Shown: in pieces, positions 29,814-40,003 of the stretch
Numbering within the stretch: the first letter of the stretch is position 1
How the letters are laid out: each line of letters begins with the position of its first letter
NCBI GenBank assembly: GCA_023259175.1
Contig: JAHFQV010000007.1
Coordinates: 278 to 64,277 of the forward strand
Source of the DNA: Oxalobacteraceae bacterium
GTDB taxonomy: Bacteria; Pseudomonadota; Gammaproteobacteria; Burkholderiales; Burkholderiaceae_D
Length of the DNA: 64,000 nucleotides
Direction of reading: 5' to 3'
Position numbers and translations under genes: made by a program
Notes under the pieces: model-generated
What the model saw: only the letters and a program-made list of their open reading frames with translations
Told to the model about the DNA's origin: nothing
Database searches by the model: none

Positions 29814-29868
29814 GTTTTAGGAGCGAGTTTTAGGGCGCCAGCTTTAGGGTGTCAGCTTTAGGGTGCCA
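29814..29868. repeat. Four tandem degenerate 13-14 bp repeats, consensus GYTTTAGGGYGYCA
   Basis: gttttaggagcga / gttttagggcgcca / gctttagggtgtca / gctttagggtgcca fill the gap between convergent stop codons. Confidence 0.85.
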
Positions 29869-29871
29869 TGC

Positions 29872-31527
29872 TTACGGAGCTATCACGACACGATTTTTGC
29901 CACTGCGCTTGGCTTCGTACATGGCTTGATCTGCGCGTTTGATTAAGGTATTTTGATCTTCTTTTGCACCACGTAAGGCGATACCCGCACTAAAGGTGAT
30001 GAAGATGCGTTTATCGTCCACAGTAAAGAAATGCGTCGTGAGTTCGCGTTGGACGCGAGTCATGGCGCGTGCGGCTTCTTCTAAAGTTGTTTCTGGCATG
30101 AGTATGATAAATTCTTCTCCACCATAGCGGGCGATGACATCAATTGAGCGCAAGGTTTGTTTGACGATGCGCACGACATGAATCAGTGCTTCGTCGCCAG
30201 AAGCGTGGCCGTGGGTGTCGTTGAGTTTTTTAAAATTATCGAGATCAAGCATGGCGATGCACAGTGGCGAATTGCGCCGATCCGAACGATCCGCTTCACG
30301 TTCAAAAATTTCATCTAAGCCGCGCCGATTAAGACTGCCCGTGAGCTGATCTTCGCGCACCAGTTCGCTCATTTCTTCTAGTTTCGCTTCTAATTCTTTA
30401 ATCCGTGTTTCAGCTTCTTTCACTTCCTTTTGCGCCGCCAGCATGATTTGATGCGAGCGCATCGTTTCACTATGAATAGTTTGTGTTTCGTTCAAAATGG
30501 CGAGAATGATTTTCTCCACGGCCAAGGCATCGCGGGTCTCGCGAATCTGTTGGGAAAATTCGTCGATTTTGAATTGATAGGCACTCGTCGTATTGGCCAT
30601 GACATCGAGTCTATCGATGAAGGTCGCCATCATATTTTTGACGGAACTGCGCGAATCATCCAGACTCGATTTGAGTGTACCCTGTTTGTAGATCACATCT
30701 TTGAGGCTGCGCGTGGCCTCCTGCAATAGGCGATGGTCAATCGGACCGGCAATTAAATTTTGAATGACGATAATTTGACCACGCAACCAATTGTCTTCTT
30801 CGAGAAGATCATGCACATTGTTTAGCAGCAGTGAAAATAGTCGTAGCAAAAGCTCTTGCTGTTCGGCGGTGTCGCCACCGACCAGTTCGATTTGAAAACA
30901 GAGTTGTTTAACCCGCGAGGCGACTTGTTTAAACTCGGGTTCGCTCACGGCGAATTTAAGTTTGTCTGCAATCGCTTCTGACTCTGTCGCAAGTGTCGGT
31001 TTTTCTTTCAGTAAGGACGATAAAGCCATGCCCAGTGTGCGAAAAAGTGCGTCCTTCAGATGCGTTTCTTTGCTATGGCTAGGATCGAAATCATCGACTA
31101 AAGAAACCCGCGTAGCGCTAGTTGCATTGGCCGGTGGCGGGTCGACTAAGCTGATGCTATTGGATAAATTTGGGTTGACTTTGTTGAGCGTTTTGTCGGC
31201 GAGCTCGCGCAAAACTTTTGCGTATTCTTCCCAATTTTTACTCGATAAGGATCGTTGCAATCGGTGTCCAAAATTGATTAAATCGCCGCTGGATTTTTGT
31301 AAGTGATTTGCGAACGTAGTAAGCAAATTTTCTGCTTCTGACGGCGTTGGTATTTCGGGTTGGGTGTTCTTGATTTCAGACGCGTCGGGGATGCCTGCGA
31401 TTTCGTTATACGCTTTTTGATAAGCCTCTGGTGTTGGGGCAATCCGCTCAATCGCCAAGCGCTTAAAAGTATCGCGCGCAATATCGGTGGGACTCTTGGT
31501 CGAAGGGGGTAGACGTTTGTCCGACAT
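29872..31527 (-). CDS. Cytoplasmic diguanylate cyclase (long helical N-terminus + GGDEF)
   Basis: DQLTGSLNRRG, LDLDNFKKLNDTHGHASGD, RSID (I-site RxxD), RYGGEEF, AMYEAKRSGKNRV. Confidence 0.93.
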   Translation of the reverse strand: MSDKRLPPSTKSPTDIARDTFKRLAIERIAPTPEAYQKAYNEIAGIPDASEIKNTQPEIPTPSEAENLLTTFANHLQKSSGDLINFGHRLQRSLSSKNWEEYAKVLRELADKTLNKVNPNLSNSISLVDPPPANATSATRVSLVDDFDPSHSKETHLKDALFRTLGMALSSLLKEKPTLATESEAIADKLKFAVSEPEFKQVASRVKQLCFQIELVGGDTAEQQELLLRLFSLLLNNVHDLLEEDNWLRGQIIVIQNLIAGPIDHRLLQEATRSLKDVIYKQGTLKSSLDDSRSSVKNMMATFIDRLDVMANTTSAYQFKIDEFSQQIRETRDALAVEKIILAILNETQTIHSETMRSHQIMLAAQKEVKEAETRIKELEAKLEEMSELVREDQLTGSLNRRGLDEIFEREADRSDRRNSPLCIAMLDLDNFKKLNDTHGHASGDEALIHVVRIVKQTLRSIDVIARYGGEEFIILMPETTLEEAARAMTRVQRELTTHFFTVDDKRIFITFSAGIALRGAKEDQNTLIKRADQAMYEAKRSGKNRVVIAP

Positions 31528-31566
31528 GGCGCTCTTTCAGCAAATTGGCAAACTTAGAATCGCAAA

Positions 31567-32214
31567 TTATTCTACCAGTTCGTTACGGATAGCATAGTGG
31601 GTTAACTCGGCATTGTGGCGTAATTTCATCTTGATGAGAATGCGAGAACGGTATTCGCTAATAGTTTTTGCAGACAAGGAAAGTTCTTTGGCTATATCAC
31701 TAACACTCTTGCCAGAGGCGATCATAATCATGGTTTGATATTCACGGTCTGACAGTGCTTTGTGCGGTTCTTCCTCATTTCCTCGATGCAGATTGTTCGC
31801 CATTTCCTGGGTCACTTCAGGGCTGATAAATTTTAAGCCCGAAGCCACTTGTTGTAGGGCTTGCAGTAGATCGGTTGCGCTACAGTGTTTGTTGAGAAAA
31901 CCCGATGCGCCAGCGCGTAGGCTGCGTATCGCATAGATGTCTTCGCGATGCGTAGAAAAAACGAGGATGTTCAAATGCGGGAATTCGCGTTTAAACTGTT
32001 TGAGAACATCAATGCCGTTTCTATCATTGGTCTCGATCTCGATTAGCATGAGATTCGCTGGCGTGTGTCGCGCAAGCTTGAGCGCATCTTGGCCGTGGCT
32101 GGCTTCACCGACGATGCTGATATGCTCGTGACGACTGAGCACTTGCTGTATCCCGATACGCATGATAGGTTGAGGATCAACAATGAGTAATTTGATGTGC
32201 GCGTCTTGACTCAT
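31567..32214 (-). CDS. NarL/UvrY-family response regulator with atypical receiver (phospho-acceptor Asp replaced by Glu)
   Basis: REC plus LuxR HTH (LSDREYQ...IAKELSLSAKTI); NLMLIEIET where the family has DVVLLDISM. Confidence 0.9.
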   Translation of the reverse strand: MSQDAHIKLLIVDPQPIMRIGIQQVLSRHEHISIVGEASHGQDALKLARHTPANLMLIEIETNDRNGIDVLKQFKREFPHLNILVFSTHREDIYAIRSLRAGASGFLNKHCSATDLLQALQQVASGLKFISPEVTQEMANNLHRGNEEEPHKALSDREYQTMIMIASGKSVSDIAKELSLSAKTISEYRSRILIKMKLRHNAELTHYAIRNELVE

Positions 32215-32377
32215 TTCGGAGGCCTTAGACTCAACAAAACCAAAATTAGATACAGCGGCGAACTTGCATATTTCCGTAGTGCATTATGGCATGATGCAAT
32301 ATGGAAATAAAGAAAGCTGTTAGTTACGTACCACGTATAATCTAAGAAATTGAACTAGTAAGTCATCAGAAAGCGCC

Positions 32378-32938
32378 ATGAGTAAAGCATTTGTCAAAGA
32401 AGATGTGAACGACGAGGATGAAGAGTTGGGGGCTCCTGCGATTCCGGCTGGGCTTAAAAACTATATGACACCGGCCGGGCATAATCGCATGAAAACGGAA
32501 TTTCTCGATTTGATCGATAGGCAAAGGCCGGAGGTCGTCAATATCGTTTCTTGGGCCGCGTCGAATGGCGACCGATCTGAGAATGGCGACTATATTTACG
32601 GTAAAAGGCGTTTGCGGGAAATTGATCGACGCATTCGTTTCCTTAGTAAGCGGCTTGATATTGCTGAAGTGGTTGATCCCAGCCTCCATTACGGTCGCGA
32701 ACAAGTCTTCTTTGGCGCAACGGTTGAATATGAAAACCAAGCAGGTCATGTCACCATAATACGCATCGTCGGTGTCGATGAATTTGATCCGCTCAATGGC
32801 GCAATTAGCTGGGTCTCGCCCGTGGCACGCGCACTGACTAAGGCGATGCTGGGAGATACGGTGGTGTTTAATTCGCCTTCAGGTCGGGAAGAGTTGACGA
32901 TACTAAAAGTGGACTATCCCGCACCCGATAGTGTGTAG
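32378..32938 (+). CDS. greB: Transcription elongation factor GreB
   Basis: MSKAFVKE, WAASNGDRSENGDYIYGKRRLREIDRRIRFL, ISWVSPVARAL; TATAAT at 32336-32341. Confidence 0.96.
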   Translation: MSKAFVKEDVNDEDEELGAPAIPAGLKNYMTPAGHNRMKTEFLDLIDRQRPEVVNIVSWAASNGDRSENGDYIYGKRRLREIDRRIRFLSKRLDIAEVVDPSLHYGREQVFFGATVEYENQAGHVTIIRIVGVDEFDPLNGAISWVSPVARALTKAMLGDTVVFNSPSGREELTILKVDYPAPDSV

Positions 32939-32947
32939 TCGAATAAG

Positions 32948-35242
32948 CTACGCGTATTCACGCCGAATCTTGCTGACACCGTTTAAGTGTTTGATATTTC
33001 GAATGATGCGGGCTAGGTGAATACGGTCATCAATTTGAATCGTGAAATGGATCTTGGTCATATCTTTTGATTCGCCGTCTTCCATATTGACATGGCTAAT
33101 ATTGGCATCGGCTTCGCCAATTTCGGCTGCGATGCGCGCCAATGCGCCGCGTTCATTGTTAACCAAAACCGAAATCCGACAATCAAAGCGGCGGTTCATG
33201 TCTTCACCCCAATTAACATCAATCCAGCGGTCCGGTTCTTTCACCTGAAGTCGTTTCGCATTTCTGCATTCGCCACAATGCACGATCAAGCCTTGATCGC
33301 GTTTGAGCTGTCCGACGATATCATCACCGGGTATTGGTAGGCAGCAAGGTGCCAATTGGACGGATACACCTTCGCTGCCATAGATGATGACGGGCTCAGG
33401 TTTGCTAGGCTTGTCCTCACCCAGTTGTTGGAAGGGGATAGAGGGTGAATCGTTTTCAACCAAATCCAGAATATGACGGGCGACCAGCGCCGCCATACGC
33501 TTGCCGATACCGATGTCGGTGTACAACTCATCCATCGTATTGGCGCTAGATTCATTGAGGAGTTTATCAATGAGTGTATCGGGCAGATTTGGATTTAAAT
33601 GCAAAGCCATTAAAGCTTGTGCCAGCAATTGCTTGCCGAGTTCGGTCGATTCGTTGAGGTTAATCGTGCGCAAATAATGGCGGATGGCGGAACGCGCTTT
33701 TCCAGTCCGAACATAGGTCAGCCAATTGGGTGTAGGGCGCGAATTGGGCGAGGTGATAATCTCAATGATGTCGCCATTTTTGAGCTCGGTACGCAGTGGT
33801 ACAGGTTCATTATTGATCCGTGTTGCAATCGCCTGATCGCCAATGTCGGTATGAATATTGTAGGCAAAATCGAGTGCCGTCGCGCCGCGTGGCAATGCGA
33901 ATATCTTTGATTTTGGCGTGAATACATACACCGAATCAGGGAATAAATCGACTTTGACATGCTCTAAAAATTCAGCAGAATCGCCGGTTTGCTTTTGAAT
34001 GTCGAGTAATGATTGCAACCAAGCGTGGGTACGCTGTTGCAAATCGGTGAGCGATGCTTCTTCGTTTTTGTACAGCCAATGCGCGGCGACCCCGGATTCG
34101 GCGACGCGATGCATCTCTTGGGTTCGGATTTGAAACTCAACCGGGGTTCCGTAGGGGCCAATCAAGGTGGTGTGCAATGATTGATAGCCATTTGATTTGG
34201 GAATGGCAATGTAATCTTTGAACTTCCCTGGCATGGGCTTGTAAAGTGCATGTAGTGTGCCGAGCGCGTAGTAACTATTCTGCAGATTATCGACTACGAT
34301 GCGGAAACCATAAATATCTAGAACTTGCGAGAAACTGAGTTGCTTGTCGCGCATTTTGCAATAAATGCCGAACAGGGTTTTTTCACGACCATCTACCTGT
34401 GCCACGAGACCGGCTTGCGCAAGCGTATTTTTGACCGCAATCATGATCTTGTTGACGACCTCGCGTCGGTTACCGCGTGCGGCTTTGATCGCTTTGGCCA
34501 ATGTGCGATAGCGGATCGGGTAAATGTGGGCGAAGGACAGGTCTTGTAACTCGCGATAAATATTATTGAGCCCAAGGCGGTGCGCAATCGGCACATACAC
34601 TTCCATCGTCTCGCGGGCGATGCGCCTTTGTTTTTCGGGCGACATTACACTCAAGGTGCGCATATTGTGTAAGCGGTCAGCGAGTTTGACGAGGATGACC
34701 CTGACATCGCGCGCCATCGCCAACAACATTTTTCTGAAATTTTCAGCTTGCGCTTCGATATGGCTTTGAAACTCGATTTTTTCTAATTTCGACAGTCCAT
34801 CGACCAGCAATGCCACAGGCGCGCCAAAGCGTTCGATGAGTTCGTCTTTTTTAACGTCCTGGTCTTCCATCACATCATGCAAGAGTGCCGCCATGATGGC
34901 TTGCACATCAAGCTTCCATTCGGCGCAAATTTCTGCCACAGCGATGGGGTGGGAAATGTAAGGCTCACCCGATTTACGCACTTGCCCGAGATGCATTTCA
35001 TCGGAAAAGCGATAGGCTTCCTTAACCAACTTTAAATCAGCGGCAGAAAGATAGCTTGCTAGATGCGTGGTCAGCGCCGTAATCGAAGCCACTGCCGGTG
35101 CAGTGGCTAGTTCGACTTGTTGGAGTGGGTGATTTTGATTATTTGCAGTGTGGCTGCTACGGCGCTTTTTTTCGGGCGTGTTTGTTGAGGCCGAAATGTC
35201 AGCACGCGGTGGAAATCCCGAATTTTTCTCTTGCAAATTCAT
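32948..35242 (-). CDS. spoT: Bifunctional (p)ppGpp synthetase/hydrolase SpoT
   Basis: RKSGEPYISHP, intact HD motif LLHDVMED, VKLADRLHNMRTL, YQSLHT, TGS and ACT domains; follows rpoZ. Confidence 0.96.
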   Translation of the reverse strand: MNLQEKNSGFPPRADISASTNTPEKKRRSSHTANNQNHPLQQVELATAPAVASITALTTHLASYLSAADLKLVKEAYRFSDEMHLGQVRKSGEPYISHPIAVAEICAEWKLDVQAIMAALLHDVMEDQDVKKDELIERFGAPVALLVDGLSKLEKIEFQSHIEAQAENFRKMLLAMARDVRVILVKLADRLHNMRTLSVMSPEKQRRIARETMEVYVPIAHRLGLNNIYRELQDLSFAHIYPIRYRTLAKAIKAARGNRREVVNKIMIAVKNTLAQAGLVAQVDGREKTLFGIYCKMRDKQLSFSQVLDIYGFRIVVDNLQNSYYALGTLHALYKPMPGKFKDYIAIPKSNGYQSLHTTLIGPYGTPVEFQIRTQEMHRVAESGVAAHWLYKNEEASLTDLQQRTHAWLQSLLDIQKQTGDSAEFLEHVKVDLFPDSVYVFTPKSKIFALPRGATALDFAYNIHTDIGDQAIATRINNEPVPLRTELKNGDIIEIITSPNSRPTPNWLTYVRTGKARSAIRHYLRTINLNESTELGKQLLAQALMALHLNPNLPDTLIDKLLNESSANTMDELYTDIGIGKRMAALVARHILDLVENDSPSIPFQQLGEDKPSKPEPVIIYGSEGVSVQLAPCCLPIPGDDIVGQLKRDQGLIVHCGECRNAKRLQVKEPDRWIDVNWGEDMNRRFDCRISVLVNNERGALARIAAEIGEADANISHVNMEDGESKDMTKIHFTIQIDDRIHLARIIRNIKHLNGVSKIRREYA

Positions 35243-35288
35243 ACGCGGTGATTCCAAAGTGAGTCACGATGTCGGCGCTTCGCAAAAA

Positions 35289-35492
35289 TTAAAAGGGTAC
35301 TTTTTTCAGCATTTCGATACCGACTTTGCCTTCAGCGATTTCACGCAAAGCGATCACAGTCGGCTTGTTTTTTGCATCTACCTTTGGGGTGTGCCCTTGA
35401 ATCAATTGACGAGCACGATAAGTCGCGCATAGGGTTAATTGAAAACGGTTAGGAATCTGTTTGAGGGAGTCTTCAACGGTAACGCGAGCCAT
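35289..35492 (-). CDS. rpoZ: RNA polymerase omega subunit
   Basis: [28 protein letters not shown]. Confidence 0.97.
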   Translation of the reverse strand: MARVTVEDSLKQIPNRFQLTLCATYRARQLIQGHTPKVDAKNKPTVIALREIAEGKVGIEMLKKVPF

Positions 35493-35501
35493 GGTATTTC
35501 C

Positions 35502-36152
35502 TTAAATCGTATTGTTAACTTGTACGCCTAACTGCGCCAGTAGCGCCGTATTGCGAACGGCTTGCTGGCCGTAACGGCAGCGTGTTGCTTTGACAATGGC
35601 GCTCAATTCGGTCAGCGCAATATCAAAATCTTGGTTGATAATAACATACTCGAACTCCGGAGCGTGCGCCATTTCACCACCTGCGGCTAAAATCCTACGC
35701 GTAATGACCTCGGGTAGGTCTTGTCCCCGCTTATTGAGTCTTTCTTCTAAGGCTTCAAGCGAGGGCGGCAAAATGAATATGCTGGCAACTTTCGGGAATT
35801 GTTTTTTGACTTGTTGTGCCCCTTGCCAGTCGATTTCTAGCAGAATGTCGATGCCTGCTCGCATGGCTTCTTGGATCAGTAATTTGGAGGTGCCGTAGTA
35901 ATTGCCATGCACTTCGGCGAATTCTAAAAATTCCCCTTGATTTTTTCGCTTCAAAAATTCTTCGGGCGTTACGAAATGGTATTCTCGACCATTTTGTTCG
36001 CCGGGTCTTGGCGCGCGCGTCGTAAACGAGATGGAGAGTTTAAGCTCGGGTTCGAGTTTGAGAAGGCCATTGACGAGCGAAGATTTGCCTGCACCCGAAG
36101 GCGCTGAAACCATAAACAGGCTACCCGAGGTCGAGGGTGTGGTGTTCATCAT
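35502..36152 (-). CDS. gmk: Guanylate kinase
   Basis: [35 protein letters not shown]. Confidence 0.97.
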   Translation of the reverse strand: MMNTTPSTSGSLFMVSAPSGAGKSSLVNGLLKLEPELKLSISFTTRAPRPGEQNGREYHFVTPEEFLKRKNQGEFLEFAEVHGNYYGTSKLLIQEAMRAGIDILLEIDWQGAQQVKKQFPKVASIFILPPSLEALEERLNKRGQDLPEVITRRILAAGGEMAHAPEFEYVIINQDFDIALTELSAIVKATRCRYGQQAVRNTALLAQLGVQVNNTI

Positions 36153-36167
36153 GATGACTCCCTAATT

Positions 36168-37082
36168 TTATTCGAGGTTCTGAACTTGTTCACGCATTTG
36201 CTCAATTAAAAGTTTAAGCTCCATCGCCGCATCTGCCAATTCTTTTAGTGCCGCTTTTGATCCTAAGGTATTGGCTTCGCGATTGAGTTCTTGCATCATA
36301 AAGTCTAAACGCTTGCCAACATTGCCGCCTTTGCTGATGATTTGCCGTGTTTCTTGCAAGTGTCCATTTAAACGCGCCAGTTCTTCGTTTACATCAATGC
36401 GAATCCCGTAGAGCGTCACTTCTTGCCGTATGCGGTCTAAGATTTCATCACGACTCACGCTGAGCTGGTTATGTCCCTCTTTGCTTAAACTTAAGCCCAG
36501 GGCTTCTTCCATGCGCGCAATCGCTTTTTGCTGAAACTGTTGCAAAATGACGGGTAAAAGTGGCGTGATGCGCTCGACGATTTTTTCCATCTCGCTGACG
36601 CAATTGAGCAAGACTTGACCTAAGGCGCTGCCTTCGCGTTGGCGGCTCGTGATAAAATCGCTTATCGTCGCGTTGATCAGTGTTTGGATGTTTGTTTGAA
36701 GTTGTTCGGAATCGATTTCAGCTTCTTCGATCACGCCGGGCCAGCGCAAAATGTCGGCTGCAGCGAGTGTTTCAAGTTCAGGAAAGTGACGCACTAAGTC
36801 TTGCTGGTAGGTGGCCAGTTGATTTAAAACCCCTTCGTTAAGTCGTTTGCCTTGGGTGTTGTTCGCACTCTTGCCAAAACTAAAGCGACATTCGACTTTG
36901 CCACGTTGAATTTTTTTGCTGAGGCTGTCGCGGAAGATCGGTTCCAAGGAACGGAATTCGTCATTGATGCGAAATTGTAAGTCGAGAAAGCGTGAGTTGA
37001 CACTTTTGATCTCTATCGTTATGGTGCCCGCTGGACTTTCTTGTACGCCGCATGCATAACCAGTCATACTGTAGATATTCAC
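36168..37082 (-). CDS. yicC: YicC/YloC family endoribonuclease
   Basis: SMTGYA, EIKSVNSRFLD, RGKVEC, GKRLDFMMQELNREANTLGSK, EQMREQVQNLE. Confidence 0.95.
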   Translation of the reverse strand: MNIYSMTGYACGVQESPAGTITIEIKSVNSRFLDLQFRINDEFRSLEPIFRDSLSKKIQRGKVECRFSFGKSANNTQGKRLNEGVLNQLATYQQDLVRHFPELETLAAADILRWPGVIEEAEIDSEQLQTNIQTLINATISDFITSRQREGSALGQVLLNCVSEMEKIVERITPLLPVILQQFQQKAIARMEEALGLSLSKEGHNQLSVSRDEILDRIRQEVTLYGIRIDVNEELARLNGHLQETRQIISKGGNVGKRLDFMMQELNREANTLGSKAALKELADAAMELKLLIEQMREQVQNLE

Positions 37083-37251
37083 TCGATTTCCTTTGTCGAC
37101 TTTTGTTGAGCTCGCGTTGTTGTGATTGTGAAAATCATTTTTCGGGACGCTTATTTTTGTTGGTTTGACCGTTCGTCATGTTTGTTCGAGGAGTGACGCG
37201 GTACAATGTATTATCCCTCATCTATTTTTTTACCGTAGGATATTTCGAAAT

Positions 37252-38262
37252 ATGGCAGCACAAAATAACGCACCCTTGCCAGATGGCTTAGAAATTGCCG
37301 GATACCGTATTGTAAAGAAAATCGCGTCGGGTGGCTTTAGTATTGTGTACCTCGCTTCCGATGAAGATGGAAATGCGGTCGCGATCAAGGAATATTTGCC
37401 CAGTTCCCTGGCTTTACGCCAAGTCGGTGAATTGGTACCAGCGATTTCAGCCGAAAATTTTCCCGTTTATCGAATTGGTTTAAAGTGTTTTTTCGAGGAA
37501 GGCCGGGCTTTGGCGCGGATCGCGCATCCCAATGTGGTGAGCGTTATTAACTTTTTTCGCGCCAATGAAACCGTGTATATGGTGATGGCCTATGAGTCGG
37601 GGCGCTCACTGCAGGAACATATTTTGCGCCGTCGCGATAAAGGTGAGAAACCTTTGGTATCGGAACGCTTTATTCGTAAAATGTTTAACTTGGTAATGAA
37701 CGGTTTGCGTGAAGTGCATACGAATAAATTATTGCATCTCGATTTGAAGCCCGCGAATATTTATTTGCGTTTGGATGGTACTCCGATTTTGCTTGATTTC
37801 GGCGCGGCGCGGCAAACGCTTAAAACCGATATGCCCAAGCTCTATCCTATGTACACACCTGGATTTGCGGGGCCTGAACTGTATGTTAAGAACAGTAATC
37901 TCGGACCTTGGACTGATATTTACAGCATCGGTGCGTCGATGTTTGCATGTATGGTGGGTGCGCCACCACAACCGGCGGATCAGCGCAAAAATAACGATAA
38001 AATGGAAGCTCATTACAAGAAGCTCGAAGGCATTTATTCTGCCGAATTGATCGACGTAGTGCGTATGTGTTTGAAGCTGGATCCTTTGGAGCGTCCGCAA
38101 AGTGTGTTCGCATTGCAGCGGGCTTTGTCGGTCAAGCAAGCACCGCAAAAAGAGTTGAATTTTTTCGAACGCACGAAAGTGAAAATCGCCCATTTGTTGG
38201 GTAGAAACGGGCGTGACGTGGAAGAAAAAGATTTTACGACGATACAAGAAGATACGATGTAG
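37252..38262 (+). CDS. Hanks-type Ser/Thr protein kinase (start moved to MAAQN)
   Basis: IASGGFSIVY, VAIKE, HLDLKPANI, LLDFGAAR, YTPGFAGPE, TDIYSIG. Confidence 0.93.
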   Translation: MAAQNNAPLPDGLEIAGYRIVKKIASGGFSIVYLASDEDGNAVAIKEYLPSSLALRQVGELVPAISAENFPVYRIGLKCFFEEGRALARIAHPNVVSVINFFRANETVYMVMAYESGRSLQEHILRRRDKGEKPLVSERFIRKMFNLVMNGLREVHTNKLLHLDLKPANIYLRLDGTPILLDFGAARQTLKTDMPKLYPMYTPGFAGPELYVKNSNLGPWTDIYSIGASMFACMVGAPPQPADQRKNNDKMEAHYKKLEGIYSAELIDVVRMCLKLDPLERPQSVFALQRALSVKQAPQKELNFFERTKVKIAHLLGRNGRDVEEKDFTTIQEDTM

Positions 38263-38320
38263 TTTTAGGTGCTATTCTGCATAGATGCCCTAACCGATTA
38301 CTCTAGCCAAATCATACAAC

Positions 38321-39256
38321 ATGCGATTCTCCGTTTATCAAGAAAGCCATATTGGTGGGCGAAAAGTTAACCAAGACCGAATGGGCTATAGCTTCACTCG
38401 CGATGCGATTTTATTGTTACTCGCCGACGGCATGGGCGGTCATATTATGGGTGAAATCGCAGCGACGATAGCGATGCAAACCATAGGCAGCCTTTTTCAA
38501 CAACAAGCGCATCCCATGATAGAAAAGCCGGAGCGATTTTTGGAAAAAGGCTTTCTCTCTGCCCATAATGAAATTCATCGTTATCGCCAGCTGAAAAATT
38601 TGCCAGAAACGCCGCGCACCACCATCGTGGCTTGTCTGATTCAAAATGGCAACGCTTATTGGGCACATTGCGGCGATTCGCGCCTGTATTGGATGCGCTC
38701 GGGGCAAATTTTGATGCGCACGAAAGATCATTCGCGCTTGGAGACCTTGATTGAACAAGGCAAGGTCGATCCTTCGGAACGAAGTACCCATCCTGATCGC
38801 AATAAATTATTTAATTGTTTGGGCGCGCCTCATGCGCCTATCGTTGAATTGTCAAGGCGTGCCAGTTTGCAAGCCGGTGATGTGATTTTGTTGTGCTCTG
38901 ATGGCTTATGGGGCGTATTGCCGGATCACTTATTGGCGCAAACTTTGCATGAACAAACCATCGTGCGTGCCATCCCCGAACTCGTGCGTAGCTCGGTCGA
39001 AATCGCGGGGCGCCAAGGTGATAATGCCACCGCTTTAGCGATGATGTGGGAGGGCAATGACTTCCTAGAAAATTCTTCCATTATTTCAACCAATACCCTG
39101 CCTATCGGTTCGATTGCAACCACGATACAAGTGCCGGTTGATATGGAAGGCGAAGGCGATGAGTCCGATTTATTCAATGATGAAGAAATCGAAAAAGCCA
39201 TCGATGAAATTCGTAATGCGATTCATAATTCTAGTCGAATTACGTCGAAAAATTAA
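38321..39256 (+). CDS. PP2C/PPM-family Ser/Thr protein phosphatase
   Basis: GGRKVNQDR, LADGMGGH, AHCGDSRLY, LCSDGLWG, GDNATAL. Confidence 0.93.
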   Translation: MRFSVYQESHIGGRKVNQDRMGYSFTRDAILLLLADGMGGHIMGEIAATIAMQTIGSLFQQQAHPMIEKPERFLEKGFLSAHNEIHRYRQLKNLPETPRTTIVACLIQNGNAYWAHCGDSRLYWMRSGQILMRTKDHSRLETLIEQGKVDPSERSTHPDRNKLFNCLGAPHAPIVELSRRASLQAGDVILLCSDGLWGVLPDHLLAQTLHEQTIVRAIPELVRSSVEIAGRQGDNATALAMMWEGNDFLENSSIISTNTLPIGSIATTIQVPVDMEGEGDESDLFNDEEIEKAIDEIRNAIHNSSRITSKN

Positions 39257-39271
39257 ATAAAGAGTTAATCC

Positions 39272-40003
39272 ATGTCTTCTTTTTCTCGCCCAAGTGGGCG
39301 CGCAGCCGATGCGCTGCGCAAAGTTCAATTCACCCGTCACTATACCAAGCATGCAGAAGGTTCTGTGTTGGTTGAATTTGGTGACACTAAGTTGATCTGC
39401 ACAGCCAGCATCGAAGAGAAAGTACCCGGCTTTTTAAAAGGGCAGGGACAAGGTTGGTTGACCGCAGAATACGGAATGTTGCCACGTTCAACTCATACCC
39501 GTATGGATAGGGAGGCGGCCAAGGGTAAGCAATCGGGACGCACGCAGGAAATTCAGCGTCTGATTGGCCGTTCATTGCGCGCCGCCTTTGACTTGAGTGC
39601 TTTTGGTGAGCGCACTTTGCATCTCGATTGTGATGTGATTCAAGCCGATGGTGGCACCCGCACGGCCGCCATTTCAGGTGCGATGATTGCGGCCTATGAT
39701 GCATTTCAAGTTTTGGTTGAACGTAAAAATTTAGCTGCGGTACCGCTCAAGCAATTTGTTGCTGCGATTTCTGTCGGTGTGTTTGCGGGTGTTCCGGTTT
39801 TGGATTTAGATTATGCCGAGGATTCAAACTGCGATACCGATATGAATGTGGTGATGAATGCGCAAGGCGATTTTATCGAAGTACAGGGTACGGCTGAGGG
39901 ACAGGCGTTTGATCGTGCGACTTTGAATCAGTTATTGGATTTGGCCGATCTGGGCGTGCGTCAAATCATTGCGCAACAGCGGGCGAGTTTGAATTTGCTA
40001 TGA
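39272..40003 (+). CDS. rph: Ribonuclease PH
   Basis: [45 protein letters not shown]. Confidence 0.97.
   Translation: MSSFSRPSGRAADALRKVQFTRHYTKHAEGSVLVEFGDTKLICTASIEEKVPGFLKGQGQGWLTAEYGMLPRSTHTRMDREAAKGKQSGRTQEIQRLIGRSLRAAFDLSAFGERTLHLDCDVIQADGGTRTAAISGAMIAAYDAFQVLVERKNLAAVPLKQFVAAISVGVFAGVPVLDLDYAEDSNCDTDMNVVMNAQGDFIEVQGTAEGQAFDRATLNQLLDLADLGVRQIIAQQRASLNLL

Noticed and set aside
29814-29868. TTTAGGG (plant telomere repeat) within the tandem array
   Set aside because: The period is 14 bp, not 7, and only three exact heptamers occur; coincidental
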